Below are positions 38,302 through 54,812 of a stretch of DNA of 64,000 nucleotides, one piece after another. Below the pieces are notes generated by a model. It did not search any database and was not told the origin of the DNA. It worked only from the letters and a program-made list of their open reading frames with translations. Position 1 is the stretch's first letter; each line of letters begins with the position of its first letter. Source of the stretch: Macrostomum lignano (taxonomy: Eukaryota); contig NIVC01000070.1 in the NCBI GenBank assembly GCA_002269645.1, positions 434,001-498,000 of the forward strand, in the 5' to 3' direction. A program made the translations under genes and the position numbers.

Positions 38302-40374
38302 ATGGAGCAGCAAATCTCGGACAGCTCACGATCTGCTTGGCTGAGTGTCCAGCTAGTTGTTAACGTGGTGTCCACCTGCGCCAACCTATGTGCCGTGCAC
38401 CTGTTCCGTCGGCTGTTCTCGGCGTCCAGAGCTCCATCTCTGCTGGGCCTGCTGCTGTTGTCCGCTAGCGAGTTTTTGTTCGATTTGAGTCACCTGGCCT
38501 TCACCGTGAGCAACCTGGTGAGTCGCGTGTGCGAGGGCTCCGTCGTCGGGACGACCGTCGGAGACGCAAACGTAACGGCAGCCGATTTAAGCAACGACAG
38601 TTGGCTGGAAAATGTCAACAACGAATCTGCACCGGCTCTCCTGTGGCTCTGCGTGGCCACCTTCGCGCCATCGAATGCCGGTCTGTTTCTCAGAAACTGG
38701 TGGATCGCTGCCTTCACCCTGGCCCGCTGCGTAGTGATCCTGTGGCCGTTCACTGCCAGGACTATGTTTACTAAGAAGCTCTACATGAGGTGGGTGAACA
38801 CTTTTGATAGGAGTTGAGAATCCTAAAAGTACATCCTGAATATCTTGAATAATCATCCTGAATATCTCTCACAACTCAACCGGATAACCTGCGACACCGT
38901 CAGATGCTTCTGCGCCTGCGCCGCTCTGAGCATCTGCTTCACCGCACTTCGAGTTTTCGCTGCATTCGCTCCCAGCCGCCTGCTAACCAGACTCGTCATC
39001 ATAGTCCAGGCTCCCGTGCCCAGCCTCCTGGTCTTCGCCGCGTCGCTCGTGATGTCGGCTGATCTCGCTCGAAACCGCTGGTTCAACTCGAGAAGGAGGG
39101 CTCCTTCGGCTGGCGCGGCTACGACCTCGGCTGGGGCTGCCCTGACGGCCCAGCTGCCCGTCAGACGGCGCCAGGCGCCGCTGATGCCAGCTCGTCAATC
39201 GTCCTCGGTGGTCTGGGAGCTGCAGCAGCGGCAGGTGCGGGAGCCGGAAACGCGGGAGCCCATCAGGCAGACGGAATTTCGATGCTCCTCTTTGACCAGG
39301 TGAAGTTTCAAGTCGTGCAATGTTGATAAATGAAATCAGCCTCTGCTTTTCAGGTCACGCACTGCCGTAATTACGGGTATCTGCAACCTGATTAGGGCAG
39401 AGCCTGCCCTCCGAACCGGCAACCAATTCTTTGATGTGACCATTAATACAGGATGTTAACGACATCTATCCACTCTCTATCCTCTCTCTATCCACTCTCT
39501 ATCCACTCTCTATCCAATCTCTATCCACTCTCTATCCTCTCTCTATCCACTCTCTATCCACTCTCTATCCTCTCTCTATCCACTCTCTATCCACTCTCTA
39601 TCCACTCTCTATCCAATCTCTATCCAATCTCTATCCACTCTCTATCCTCTCTCTATCCTCTCTCTATCCACTTTCTATCCTCTCTCTATCCTCTCTCTAT
39701 CCACTCTCTATCCACTCTCTATCCACTCTCTATCCACTCTCTATCCAATCTCTATCCTCTCTCTATCTAATCTATATCCATTCTCTATCCACTCTCTATC
39801 TAATCCATATCCACTCTCTATCCACTCTCTATCCAATCTCTATCCACTCTTTATCCACCTGACCCCCGGGCTCAATTCATTCATCTGTCAATGCTTTAAC
39901 CTTTAACCTATTATTTTATTAGGACTGTCAATTCTAACTTGATTGATCTACTGATATGACTACCAAAACTTCAAAATCTGCTCTGACTCATACTCGCATC
40001 AATACAGGAACGAGCAAAGGCAGCACCAACAGCAGCAGCAGCAGAGCTTCGGCTCTCTCAAGTCGCAGTCGACCCGGAGCTACCAGCGGCACCAGCACAG
40101 GCCCCCGCTGAACTCTAGCAGCAGCAACAGCAACAGCAGCAACGCTGTACTCAGAGCTACAATCACCATCGCGTCAGTTGCCGCCCTGTTTGTACTTTTA
40201 GAGACGCCCTGCAGCATTTTTGTCCTGCTCGGCCTTGAAAGCTCGCTGTCAGAGCACATCAGCAACACTCTCATTGGCGTGGACTCAATGCTCAACTTTG
40301 TCATCTTTTTAATCACTAGCGGCACCTTTCGGCGAGAGTTTCTCGCCCTGAGCGGCTGCTGTCGCAGCTGTTAA
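38302..40374 (+). CDS. Divergent rhodopsin-class (family A) GPCR, neuropeptide/FMRFamide-receptor-like orphan; exons 38302-38789, 38904-39299, 40008-40374 (~416 aa)
   Basis: Seven hydrophobic segments across three phase-2-consistent exons: TM1 STCAN, TM2 LSASE, TM3 WWIAAFTLARC..ILWP, TM6 LETPCS, TM7 VDSMLNFVIF, helix 8 TFRREF. Confidence 0.85.
39465..39860 (+). repeat. 11-bp minisatellite (CTCTATCCACT) in GPCR intron 2
   Basis: Direct tandem units. Confidence 0.95.
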
Positions 40375-40574
40375 AAAGTACATGAAGAACTTTACGTGTA
40401 ACTAAAGTACAGCTGACGTACTTCTTACAACGCAAAATCGAAAAATATACACTTTTGCAACAGCAATTGACGCTTCAGAAGCTGGCGCCCATCGCACTGG
40501 CGCCAAATTAAATTATATGACGCCCCTCAGATGCAAAAAGCGCCATGAAATAAAATGAAGACCTGTATCCACTG

Positions 40575-40690
40575 TATCCACTCTCTATCCACTCTCTATC
40601 CACTCTCTATCCACTCTCTATCCACTCTCTATTCACTCTCTATTCACTCTCTATTCACTCTCTATTCACTCTCTATCCACTCTCTATGCA
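40575..40690 (+). repeat. Second CTCTAT(C/T)CACT 11-bp array, 3' of the GPCR
   Basis: Same unit as 39465-39860. Confidence 0.9.
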
Positions 40691-41605
40691 CCTTCATTTC
40701 CAGAGTGAGATTTTAGTTTCTGACCATACCGGTAGACTTTAGCCGGAAACCAAGGAAAACAGCTGTTTATGACTGATAACACACTCAAAAGTGCAATTTG
40801 CAAGTCATAACTAAGAAAGTGGCGCTGCATGGGCCTCTGGTGTTTGTGACTATTGAGCAAACAAAACTGTTTTGAGTCAATCAAACGAGCGACTTCATTA
40901 CTGAACGTGCGAAAATGATGGGAAAAGTGCGCTTGTACTCAAGTTATTATTTGTTAAACAAATAATGCAACAACTATCTACTGCAAGTAGCGCTGCAAGT
41001 TTTTTTATGAATAGTTGCAAATAATACCACAAATTTAGTTTAGCCCTGCTCCAAAGAAAGCAACTCTGGTTCCTGCTAAGCTCTCTCCTGGCTAAGCCGG
41101 AAGTCATGTCTTCACGACACGATCGCAGCAGAGTATCACTATTCAGCTCTTAAAAGATGTTAAGCAGTCACCATAGCAGGGTCTATCGCTGCAACTTTTC
41201 CTTCATAGCGTCTCCTGTACTCAGCTGCGTGCTCACAGTTCTGTTGACCCAGAGCCACGGATTTCTCTGTAACTTCCTGGTTACCGGCTGAGTGTATTGT
41301 GCAACCCATCCCGTGTGCGCATTGTGGCGGCTGGGCTCTGCAATCCCTATGGGAATGCTTTATGCGGTTAGCCTTATGACTGTGAACTCATTGACGCTCA
41401 ATTCTCGTGCAGCTTTGGAGCTTTTGTGCACACGAGGCCTTCACAGCCTCTCTTTTGTGAGAGAGGAAAACCGGCTCCGAGAGCCGTGCGGGAAGAGAAT
41501 CAGGCTCTGGCGATCAAAATTTGACTCAGCCAGCTATATATGCAGCTTGCAGTTGTTGGCTGCCAGCAGAGCTGATTTTCAGCAGCGAGCGCGTCTCTCT
41601 AGGTC

Positions 41606-44978
<3,373 letters not shown>

Positions 44979-46321
44979 ACAGCACCAATCGATAAAGCAA
45001 CTGAATTGCGTTGCCATTGGTTACGAACTCATGCTCGCAACCACTCAGCAAAGATATTTTAGACACTGTATTATGCCGGAATACATGACAGTTTTTTTAT
45101 ATTAATAGACGACTTACATTGTAGACGTTCATACGTTTAGTTTTAGCAGTGCAGTAAAGCTGCCCGAAGTGGTTTCACTTCCCAATTTTTCTGGATGGGT
45201 TCAAGGCCACAAAACGGCGTCGGCGTCGGTATGGCGTTTTGTGGCCACTAGCTGACTTTGCGTTCCACATTTTTGCATGTTTTGGCTTTGGTGAAGGTCC
45301 AAAAAGTTTTAATTCACTTGACAAGTTACAACGACCCTGACTTTCTCGTGTGCCCACTCTGTGCCTTCACATGTGTGGCCGCACTTGTAAATGAAACCCA
45401 GCATATGGACTCTCCTCGAGAGTCTGCATGACGTCAGACGTGTCGCCGCTGAGCTGCTCTAGTTTGAATTGCATTATGAAAATTAAAAAAGCTAGTATTT
45501 TGAGAAAACTCGACCTCATGACGGTCAAAAATGAACGAACTAAAACTGGTCTAGGGTTATTATTGCTATATTTTTTGGAAAGACTTGTAATTGTGCTCCT
45601 GCATTGCTCCATTCGGACAAAAATGTTAAATGGACCGGGAGTTTCTTGAGTCCTGTGGAGTCTCTTACATGTATGGTACATTTGGTGGGAATTTTTTTTC
45701 ATTTTTAATATTCAATTTCCTGATCACTGACAAATAATTAATATTATAAGGATGTTACATTTATATAGCTATCGTCTCTTAAATCGTGTCTATAAAACAT
45801 TATGTTAATATCTTTATATTTCATATACATAAACAGTTAAGCTCGCTTTGCAATTGTGTGCAATAGTTAGTCCATGTGGTGTAAAATGCTGTGTCTCCTT
45901 TCAAATGGAAAACGGACAGCCGCAGCACCCACCCCCAGTAACGATCGATAATTAGGGTAAAGTTTCTCTACTTATTCCCATTCGAACCACCAGAATGGCG
46001 GCAAAGTGTCGGTGGAGCTTTTCAGCGTACTGCAAAGTTCACTGCGTTTTCACTGATAATAAAAACTGCAAGCAATGTACGCAATTTTTCGGAATTATGA
46101 ATATCTGCTTAGCACACTTAATAAGCAAATTGTCAGTTAGCTACACAGCATTTTGGGAGAAGTCGGAATGTTGCACGCTGGTTTCTGTATGAAGGTCGGA
46201 GGAACCACTTTTCCACTGTCGTTCTGTAACAAGCAATCAGACAAACAAATGTGGAATGCGCGGTTGATAAGCAGTTATACTTGTTAGTCTGCGATGTACA
46301 TTGTGCATGTATATGTCGCGT

Positions 46322-46519
46322 CGGGGGCGTCGCCATAGATTTTATGGTGGGGGGGGACAAAGCCAACAATTATACATGTACATGTACATGTACATGACTT
46401 AATTCCTACATGTACATTATTTTCAGAATCGGTGTTGTCAGCACTTATTTTAGCGCCGCATAAAAGATATTTTACTGGGGGGACATGTCCCCCCTGTCCC
46501 CCCGTTAATGACGCCCCTG
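46322..46519. mobile_element. Short MITE-like element with C(G/A)GGGGCGTC...GACGCCCCTG terminal inverted repeats
   Basis: Terminal inverted match and an internal GGGGGGACATGTCCCCCC palindrome; no clear TSD. Confidence 0.5.
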
Positions 46520-46679
46520 TGTCATGTTTATGAAGTCTACTCTAACTTACAAGACATGTTGTACTTGTACGCTCGTGTATCAAATGTAATTTTGTATGCG
46601 AGCTATTAAATATCAGCAGTTTCGCGGTATTTATTGATAATAATTTAATTCTTAGAAAATTTGAAATAGCTTTTTTAGC

Positions 46680-46835
46680 TACAATTCTTAGCCAAGATGC
46701 ATGTACCGTCCCAGGAAAATTTCTGATTGAATGGTGCAAATTTGAAGAAAATCGGTTGAGCCATTTTTTCTGAAATCTATCGCATACCTACCTACCTACA
46801 TGTACCCACAGACAACTCATTTTTAGGATATAGGA
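46680..46835 (-). mobile_element. 5' fragment of the Helitron family seen at 1484-8620
   Basis: Close match to 4840-4981 and 8490-8620; minus strand starts A^TCCTATATCCTA at 46836/46835. Confidence 0.8.
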
Positions 46836-46871
46836 TTTATTTAATCAAACTCTACTAAAACACTTGGATGG

Positions 46872-47072
46872 TGTAGTGTGCGTACGCACGGTATGCTAGC
46901 CCAACGTGTACGTCCGGCAGGTCTGATTGGCTACAGAGCGGGGTGGGTACCGCCACCCCAATTATAGCTCTGCGCTCATAAATATATAGATGTGGGCCCA
47001 GCGCGGCGAGAGTGTAAGAGTTTCGTGAGTTTCGGCTACACAGCAAACACGGCCTCTGTCTCAGATACTACA
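46872..47072 (+). repeat. 5' LTR (201 bp)
   Basis: TGTAGTG...TACTACA; TATA-like ATAAATATATA at ~46978. Confidence 0.93.
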
Positions 47073-47103
47073 ATGGCGTCGCAAGAACCGAACCCTTAAA
47101 ATC

Positions 47104-50100
47104 ATGACTCAGCAAATCACACTCACGCCACCCGACCCGTTTACAATCAATAGCGATTGCCACTCCACTGCACAGCGCTGGGCTGCATGGATTCGTCGCT
47201 TCGCCACGTACATCATTGCAGCTGGAATCACCGACAAGATTCGAGGGCAGCAGCTGCTGCTGTACGCCGCAGGAGAGGAGCTGCAGGCTGTTGTCGAAGA
47301 GAACGAGATTGTCTCTGGAGAGGACCACAACAGCCTCGCGAAAAACATCCAGACGTACTGGGATGGAAAGAATAACATTGTGTTCCTGCGTTTCAAGTTT
47401 GAGACCTGCAGACAGCAGCCTGGCGAGCCGATCGACCAGTGGTATCAGCGTCTGCGCAAGGCGGCGGAGCCGTGTGAGTTTGGGACCCTCAGAGACTCTC
47501 TGATCCGAGACAAAATAGTCGCCTACTGCGAGTCCGAGAGACTTAGGAGAGACTTCTTGTAGACCAACAACATCTCCCTGGCGGATGTGCTCAAAAAGGC
47601 GAGGGCGAAAGAAATCGCGAAGCAGCAGGCCACCGCGATGGAGAGCGACAGACCAGGAGAACCGCAGCAGACCGCAGCAGTCAGAAAAGACTGGCAGCCG
47701 CCAAGACCGCAGGCACCGACGCAGCGCGTATCCTGCGATCGCTGCAGCAGATCGGGGCACCCCATGTGCACCGCAGCGCAGGGCAAGAGCTGCAGAAAGT
47801 GCGGGAAGCCGGACCACTTCGCACAACCCTGCAGGTCCAGGCAGCACGCCCCGCAGAGCGGCGCCAACGCCGTCGCAACGCTGCAAGGCGAGACCAGCTA
47901 CCAGAAGGTGGACGACCCGGACTCCGGCGTGTTCGAGGTCGACCAGGGAGAGCAGTCGGCCCACACAGTAGCCGAGATCAACGGCTCCAGACTCTCTGTG
48001 TTGATTGACAGCGGCGCGGCTCGAAATGTGATCAACCGGGCCACGTTCGAGAGTCAGAGACAGCGGCCGCACCTGCAGACCACCTCGGACAGGCTGTTCG
48101 CGTACGGGTCAGACCGGCCGATGCATCTGCTGGGCAAGGCGGCGATGGCCGCTCGCATTTTCGGCCGGCAGGCAGTCGCCACGTTCCACGTTGTAGAACA
48201 TCACCCTCATCGGCAGGCAGACAGCCACCCAGATGGACATCCTGCGTGTCGGACCACCTCCGACTGCCGGCCAGCAGGTGCTGCAGGTCGCTGAAGCGGA
48301 GGCGGCGGTCGACACCCTCCTCAGCGGCACGAGATCCAGGGGAGTACCTCAAGAACACGTAGAGGACATCGGCGGGGTGCTGCGCAAGTATGCCAGCGTG
48401 TTCAGCGGCGTCGGCTGCTTCACCGGGCCGCCTGTCGACATCCACCTCACCGACAGCGCCCGCCCGGTCTGCCACGCACCTTTGAAGGTGCCGATCCACC
48501 TGGCAGGCGCGGTGGACAAGGAACTGCAGCTTCTAGAGCAGCTCGGGATCATTCGGGTCCAGCGCCGTGGGTTGCTCGGATGGTCGTCGTGCCCAAGAAA
48601 GAGCTTGGCGAGGTGCGCATCACACAGGACCTCCGCGATGTAAACCGCTACGTCATCCGCGAGCGGCACCAGATTCCGACTTTCGAGGAGGTGACCGGGG
48701 ACATGGCCGGCAGCACCGTGTTCTCGGAGCTGGACATCGCGAAGGCGTTCTACCAGGTGCCTGTGGCCGAGAAATGCCGCAAGCTGCTAACATTCTCGAC
48801 GCCTCGCGGACTTCGCCGTCTCACCCGGCTGTGCATGGGCCTGTCCACCTCCCAGGAGATCCTGCAGAATGTGATGAGTCGAGTGCTGGCAGGCCTGCCC
48901 AACGTCAAATGGATCCACGACGACGTGGTCGTGTTCGACTGCACGATGGCGGAGCACAACAGCAGCCTCGAGGCATGTCTGGCCCGCCTGGCGTAGCACG
49001 GCATCACGCTGAACGCTCGGAGGTGCCGACTGGCGCGCAGCAGCATCGAGTTCATGGGATTGCGGCTCACGGCGGAAGGAGTCCAGGCCAGCGAAAGCAA
49101 GGTCGCCGCCGTTCAAGACTTCAAGGAGCCCGAGACGATTTGACAGCTTCGCTCATTCCTAGGCCTCGTAAACTACCTCGCCGTGTTCACGCCACAGCTA
49201 GCCAAGGTGGTGGAACCGCTGCGGCGTCTGACCAGGAAGGGCGTCGACTGGCAGTAGGGCGCCGACCAAGCCAGCACCTTTGAGCAGCTGAAGCGCAGCA
49301 TCGCGGAGCCGAAAACGCTGGCTTTCTACGACAAGCGGCTGTGCATGCAGCTGATCGTGGACGCGGGGCCGACCGGACTGGGCGCCATCCTGGCGCAGGT
49401 ACAGCGCGACGGCAGCTCGAGGCCGGTCGTATACGCCAGCCGAGCCCTATCCGACGTCGAGCGGCGATACTGGCACTGGCCGTGAAGTTCGGCTGCCTGA
49501 AGTTCGAGTACTACCTGCATGAATCGCCCAAGTTCACAGTGGTCTCCGATCACAAGCCGCTGACGGCCATGTTCGCGCCTGGGTCGCGGCCGCCTCCACG
49601 AGTCGAGCGAATGATGCTGAGGATCCAGCACCTAAGGTCGAGTACCAGCCGGGAGCCTCCAATGCTGCAGACGTACTCAGCAGGCAACCCATAAGCGCGC
49701 ATGGCGGAAGTTTTGGCGACAAGCGGAGGGAGGCCTACATCAACGAGGTGACGCAGGCGGCTGTGCCGATGGCGCTGACACTCGAGGACAACCGCAAGAG
49801 CTCTGCCAGCGACCCAGTCATCCGGGTGGCGATAGCGGCGACTCAAGGCGACCGGTGGGATTGCTCCAACGCCGAGATACGTTCGCTCCATGCGCTGCGA
49901 GAGGAGCTGTCTGCGGTGACGGGGTCCTCCTTCGGCACCAGCGAATCGTCGTGCCAGCTGATCTGCGGCAGCAGATGCTCGAACTGGCGCACCAAGGGCA
50001 CCAGTGCTCGCAGACGACGATCGCGAGGCTCGCCACCAAGGTCTGGTGGCCGAGGATGGCAACTCAAGCGGAGGAGTTCGTCAGTCGATGCCGCAGCTGC

Positions 50101-50900
50101 GCCGTCACGTCACACACACCAGCCGTCAGGGCCACGCCTTAGCAGCCGACGCCGATCCCCGCGGGCGCCTGGCTGTCGATCGGCGCCGACTTCGTGGGAC
50201 CCATCAACAACAACATGCTGCTGGTGTGCGTGGACCGCTACTCGAGGTTCCCGGAGGTGCAGCTCATGCAGACGACGACGACTGAGGCACTGATTCCCCG
50301 CCTACGAGAGATGTTCGCTCGCTTCGGGATCCCGCAGGAGCTCGTGACAGACAATGGACCGCCCTTCTCGTCCAAGGAGCTCGGCCGGTTCTTGGCGAGC
50401 TACGGGATCAAGCACCGCCTCATCACGCCCTACTACCCAGCGGCCAACGGCATGACGGAGCGGCTGAACCGCTCCATCAACAAATTCGTACTCGCAGCCA
50501 ACGAGGAGCGGCGGGACTGGAGAGCTGCTCTGGATGAGTGGCTGCTGGCCTACAGGAACACGCCGCACACGGCTACCGGGCGCGCACCAGCCGAGCTGCT
50601 GATGGGCCGGCGGCCAAACGACGTCATTCCCACCGCCCGGCCGTCCCAGCGGGTCCGCATCAATGAGCAGCGGCTGAGAGACGCGGACGCCGGCGCTAAA
50701 GAGGCCATGAAGCAGCACGCGGACGTAAAAAGGCGACCACGGCGGCACGGCGTCCAGGTCGACGACACGGTGCTACGACGGCGGGTCGGTGCCAGCAAGA
50801 CGCAGACGCCGTTCGAAAGCGGTGCCTGGACGGTCCAGCGGCATCTCGCTGCTGCTACGCCGCGATGGCTCAACCTGCTGGCGGCACTGAACGGCGGTCA
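47104..50900 (+). pseudogene. gag-pol pseudogene of the Gypsy element
   Basis: Gag with CX2CX4HX4C knuckle (CRKCGKPDHFAQPC); protease LIDSGA (~48000); RT WIHDDVVVF (~48910); RNase H DAGPTGLGAIL; integrase HHCC plus DFVGP / TDNGPPF / NGMTERLNR. In-frame stops (e.g. 47560, 48994, 49141, 49255) and several frameshifts. Confidence 0.92.
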
Positions 50901-51426
50901 AGGTCGTCAGCCCCGACTTGGCCGACGCCGTCGCCCATCCGCAAACCGCTGCACCGAGAGCTCCAGGCGAGGCCAACCGAGACCCACCCGCCTCCCCGGT
51001 GGCACTGCGCCCGCACCCCCGCGATGCTCGGGGCGGCTTGAAAATCTACAAGGACTGAATTTTGAATCCAGTGACTGACATAAACTGACTCTTTCCTGAA
51101 ATATGCGGACTAAAGTTTTTTTAAGCATTGTCGCTGCTGAAATCGATTCAAGTATTTTATTTCCTCAATGTGGCAGCCAGCCGCTTTAGTTTCTTATTCA
51201 TGCATAAATTATTGTCTATGGACAAACTCAAATATACTTGTAAAGGGTGTGTGGCTGCGCCCACAGTCTCCCCAAGCGCGAATACTCCCAATACATTCAA
51301 ACACGCAACACTCAATATTTTAAAATCCGTTTTCAATGCGCATGATCGCAGTTTCGAGTTTTGTATTTTCGAGTTACGTTTAAATCGATTTTTTTGTCTC
51401 GCAGTCTCTATTCGAAGGGGGAGAGA

Positions 51427-51601
51427 TGTAGTGTGCGTACGAACGGTATGCTAGCCCATGCAACGTGTACGCCCGGCCGGTCTGATTGGCTACAGATTCT
51501 AGTCAAGCTCTGCGCTCATAAATATATAGATGTGGGCCCAGCGCGTCGAGAGTAAGAGTTTCGGCTACACAGCAAACACGGCCTCCGTCTCAGTTACTAC
51601 A
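51427..51601 (+). repeat. 3' LTR (175 bp)
   Basis: TGTAGTG...TACTACA followed by the TSD GATGG. Confidence 0.93.
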
Positions 51602-53290
51602 GATGGTTCGGCTATAATTACTCCCGTACATGTAGCTATCAATTCATAAGCGAGTACATACCTGTACGTATTAATTTTCGAGCTTTCGATGTGTACAAAA
51701 AATACAAATACGCAATTGTGGGGTATAACGGTCTCGTCGCCGAATTAGCGGCAAAATGCTTCACCGCCGAGAATAAATCAGCAGAGAAAATTTTTGGCGA
51801 AACTTGACTAGATGGAGTTACAGCCGTACATTTGCGTGTTACGTTCAGGAATTTGAACACGTAGTATACACTTTTCATCTTATTTAAGTAAGATTCAGAG
51901 CCTTAGAATGAGTTTTTTCAAGCATTGACTGTGAAAATTACAACTGTGAATCTGTTTGCAAAGATCTTATAGACACTTCTTTTTTGCGTCACGGAACAAA
52001 TGTGTAATTTATTTACATTTTCGAGAGAAATATAAGAAATTATTATGTATGACTAAAAGTTTGTACTGTCGTTTAATTTGTTTATAAAAGACAGCAAAGT
52101 TAACTTCACTTTAATCTTAATACCAGTAATTTTTGTCACTTGTTATAACTGGTTAACACGAAACCGTAGGTTTTTTAATTCGCTGAAGTTTTTTTCCGTT
52201 TCTATAGTATCAGTATGCTAAGCGCGGATTCAAATAAAATTACATCAAGGAAGGATCTGCCAGTCAAATCCTCAGTTCCAAAGATCTGTCGGACATCACG
52301 AATAATTAGGATTATAAAATTTATATGCTATAAAAAGCTATAAGTGCAGTCTGTATTAGATTTATATTTGTGCTAGTGTAATGGTAGGTTACAGTACGAT
52401 GTTTGTGAAATATCATTACGAACAAATATTCTAGCTTTACGCATCTGATTTTATGGACAGTATCCACAGTTGTAATATGCATGTAGTAGGATGGTGATTT
52501 AGCATATAGCAGCACTAAAAACTTGTATTTATATGTATTTCCGCAATAAAAACTGTTACTAATAAATGTGATAATTATTTCACTAGTGGTATAAGCCTTT
52601 AAAAATATAATATTCTGCTTTGTCTGCCTTTTAAGCTATTTATTCAAAGTGAACATGTTAGCTAAATAAACTTATGTATATTTTTACAAATATTTTAGTT
52701 CCAAAGTCAACGCTTAATATTTTCAGTTCATTTTTCATTTTTCTAATTATCATTTATATCATATGATAAAAGTACTTTGGCAGTTGTTTGCAACTTAAGC
52801 AATATAAATGCTTCTACATGGTCTGATTTATTAATGATATTATAATATATTTAGTTATTTAGTGTCTTGCATAACTATTCACTTTTTGTTAATTAATTCC
52901 CTTTAATTTAGTTTCAATGCTACTGCTCCAATTCAAGCATTTAGACATTTAAAAACTCATAATAGGATTTCTGATTAGAATTCTATCAACTCTCTTATCA
53001 AACATCTACGTGCGATCGTGACGTTGTGAGCAGATCACTTTGCATCTATCAACCTTTGCCATGCTTATCCAATGGCTCTTCACTGCCCTTCGTCTCGACA
53101 ATTGTAGTAATTTTCCAAATTTTTCTTGGGGTTATTTTTTGACTTTCCACCTTTTTTACCTGTTAGCCATTGTGTTAGGGAATTAGTTTTGCGCGCCACA
53201 ATCTTGTGGGTGCCGTCTTTTCCGAATCTAGATTTGATAATGCGCTTTGCTAAAAAAAGGACTTTAACCACTATTTTTAATTTTTTTAGC

Positions 53291-53795
53291 ATGAGTAACA
53301 CTAAGTGCTACACTTACGTAGCAAAGCGCAGCCATCCAGCTTCTGAAGATGGCGAAGTCCGAAGTTTGCGTCCAGGAGACCTTGTTGTATCCACAGAGTT
53401 GCCTAAGTTTGACACAGAATATATCAAAGGTCGCAATGAGTCGACGCTTGAGACGGGCTTGTTCTCGAGCAACTGTCTCGAGCGATGCATCCGAGCTCGC
53501 TTGCTCCGTAACTTCAAACAGTTGAGAGCTGGCGCTGAAGCGCTCATTACTGATCTGAGCTTGCAACATCCGGGTTGCTCGTTCTACTGCAATGGAAATA
53601 GATACACACAACCAATTGAAATGTTTTACTTTGAGCGCGATGATGATTTGGCCGTTGTGATTGGCTCATACTCTCCCACAAATGATGACGAGCTTACCCT
53701 TACTGTGGGACAGATTGTATGGATGGATACTTTACAGGCATACCGACAATGCAGATTCTTGTCACTGGTGGGTTGGCGAGGTCGATGGTCAACGG
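53291..53795 (+). CDS. Exon encoding tandem SH3 domains (two clear, one possibly degenerate between them); 3' boundary uncertain (53767, 53780 or 53795)
   Basis: YVAKRSHPASEDGEVRSLRPGDLVV...YIKGRNESTLETGLFSSNCLE and AVVIGSYSPTNDDELTLTVGQIV...GWRGR follow the SH3 pattern. Acceptor TTTTTTTAG lies 1 nt before the ATG. Confidence 0.7.
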
Positions 53796-54300
53796 GCAAG
53801 TTACTTTTGTAGCGACTACGTTTGGCCATTAAAAAAGGTAAATCATACACATTTTGGCAACTGTTACTTATAGCATCAACAGTAGCATTGTATTACAGGG
53901 TCTTGCAGGACAACCCTGATACAAAGCCTTCGTTGGCATATCGTCACACTGCAGCTGGTGAGGCAATGGTCTCATTGTGGCAACTGCCCGCCTAATTGTT
54001 GCAGTCCCTTAGAGCTTTCAAATGCCAATAAATTAAACTTGACTGCCTTAGAATTTGAACAATCTATCCCGATATTTTGAGATATAGTATCCTACTACTA
54101 AATTCAATGCATGGTTGAAGATTACAGCTATTTAGCTGGGGCGCCCAGACGAGCAGCTCAAATAATTGAAGTTGTGATTGCACCCAAAGTCTAGTTTTGT
54201 TTCATGGCAAAAACGTTTTTAGCAATAATAAGCATGCATTGTAAAAACTCATAAAATCAAGAAATGCTTTTAGAAGACTCGAAACAACTTTCAATTGCAG

Positions 54301-54812
54301 GTCATGACTGTATTGTCTGAACACGTAATCCAAGGCGATTTCGAAAGAGTTCGCCAACTAGCTAGCAGGGAGCTGATGATGATGCATGGTGATCAAGGCC
54401 GCAACGTATTGATGCTAGCAGCCGAATCAAAAAACAGCAGCCCAGGGACCGCTAAGTGTATACATTATCTAGTACACCTAGGATGCTGCACGTATTCCAT
54501 AGATGCAAAGGGGAACACAGCAGCACATCTCGCAGCCCAAAACGACAACCTTCGATTTCTCACCGCGCTGACTCACGTAACCGCTGTGCCATTTGACTGG
54601 AAGTGGCAGCAAAATGACCAGGGACGCACGCCTCTAATGGAAGCCGCAAGGCTGGGCAACTGGAAGTGCGCGAAGCATCTGCTGCACCTGTTTCGGCAGC
54701 AAAGGTACTATAAAATGAAAGGTTTTGTTGCAAATAATGATCGAAACGGTTTAACTGCGTTCGATATTGCAAAGGAAAACGGGAATGAGGAAATTGGAAA
54801 TCTAATAGAAAT
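54301..54812 (+). CDS. Ankyrin-repeat exon, block 1
   Basis: GRNVLMLAA, DAKGNTAAHLAA, NDQGRTPLMEAARLG, DRNGLTAFDIA; acceptor TTGCAG at 54300, donor GTAAGT at 54813. Confidence 0.85.

Larger units (their letters stand above)
46872..51601 (+). mobile_element. Full-length but inactivated Ty3/Gypsy LTR retrotransposon (4.73 kb)
   Basis: TG...CA LTRs at 46872-47072 and 51427-51601, GATGG 5-bp TSD on both sides, PBS TGGCGTCGC at 47074, polypurine tract ~51415-51426, domain order gag-PR-RT-RH-INT. Confidence 0.95.

Noticed and set aside
47560-47562. In-frame TAG in gag as programmed readthrough
   Set aside because: It lies mid-gag, upstream of the zinc knuckle, is explained by CAG>TAG, and the element has many other stops and frameshifts.
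47068-48072. 334-aa antisense ORF over gag-protease
   Set aside because: Typical shadow ORF of GC-rich coding sequence; no recognisable motifs.
53126-53290. N-terminal extension of ORF 53126-53812 before the ATG at 53291
   Set aside because: AT/T-rich, ends in a strong polypyrimidine-AG acceptor, and the ORF has a non-ATG start; more likely intron or outron.
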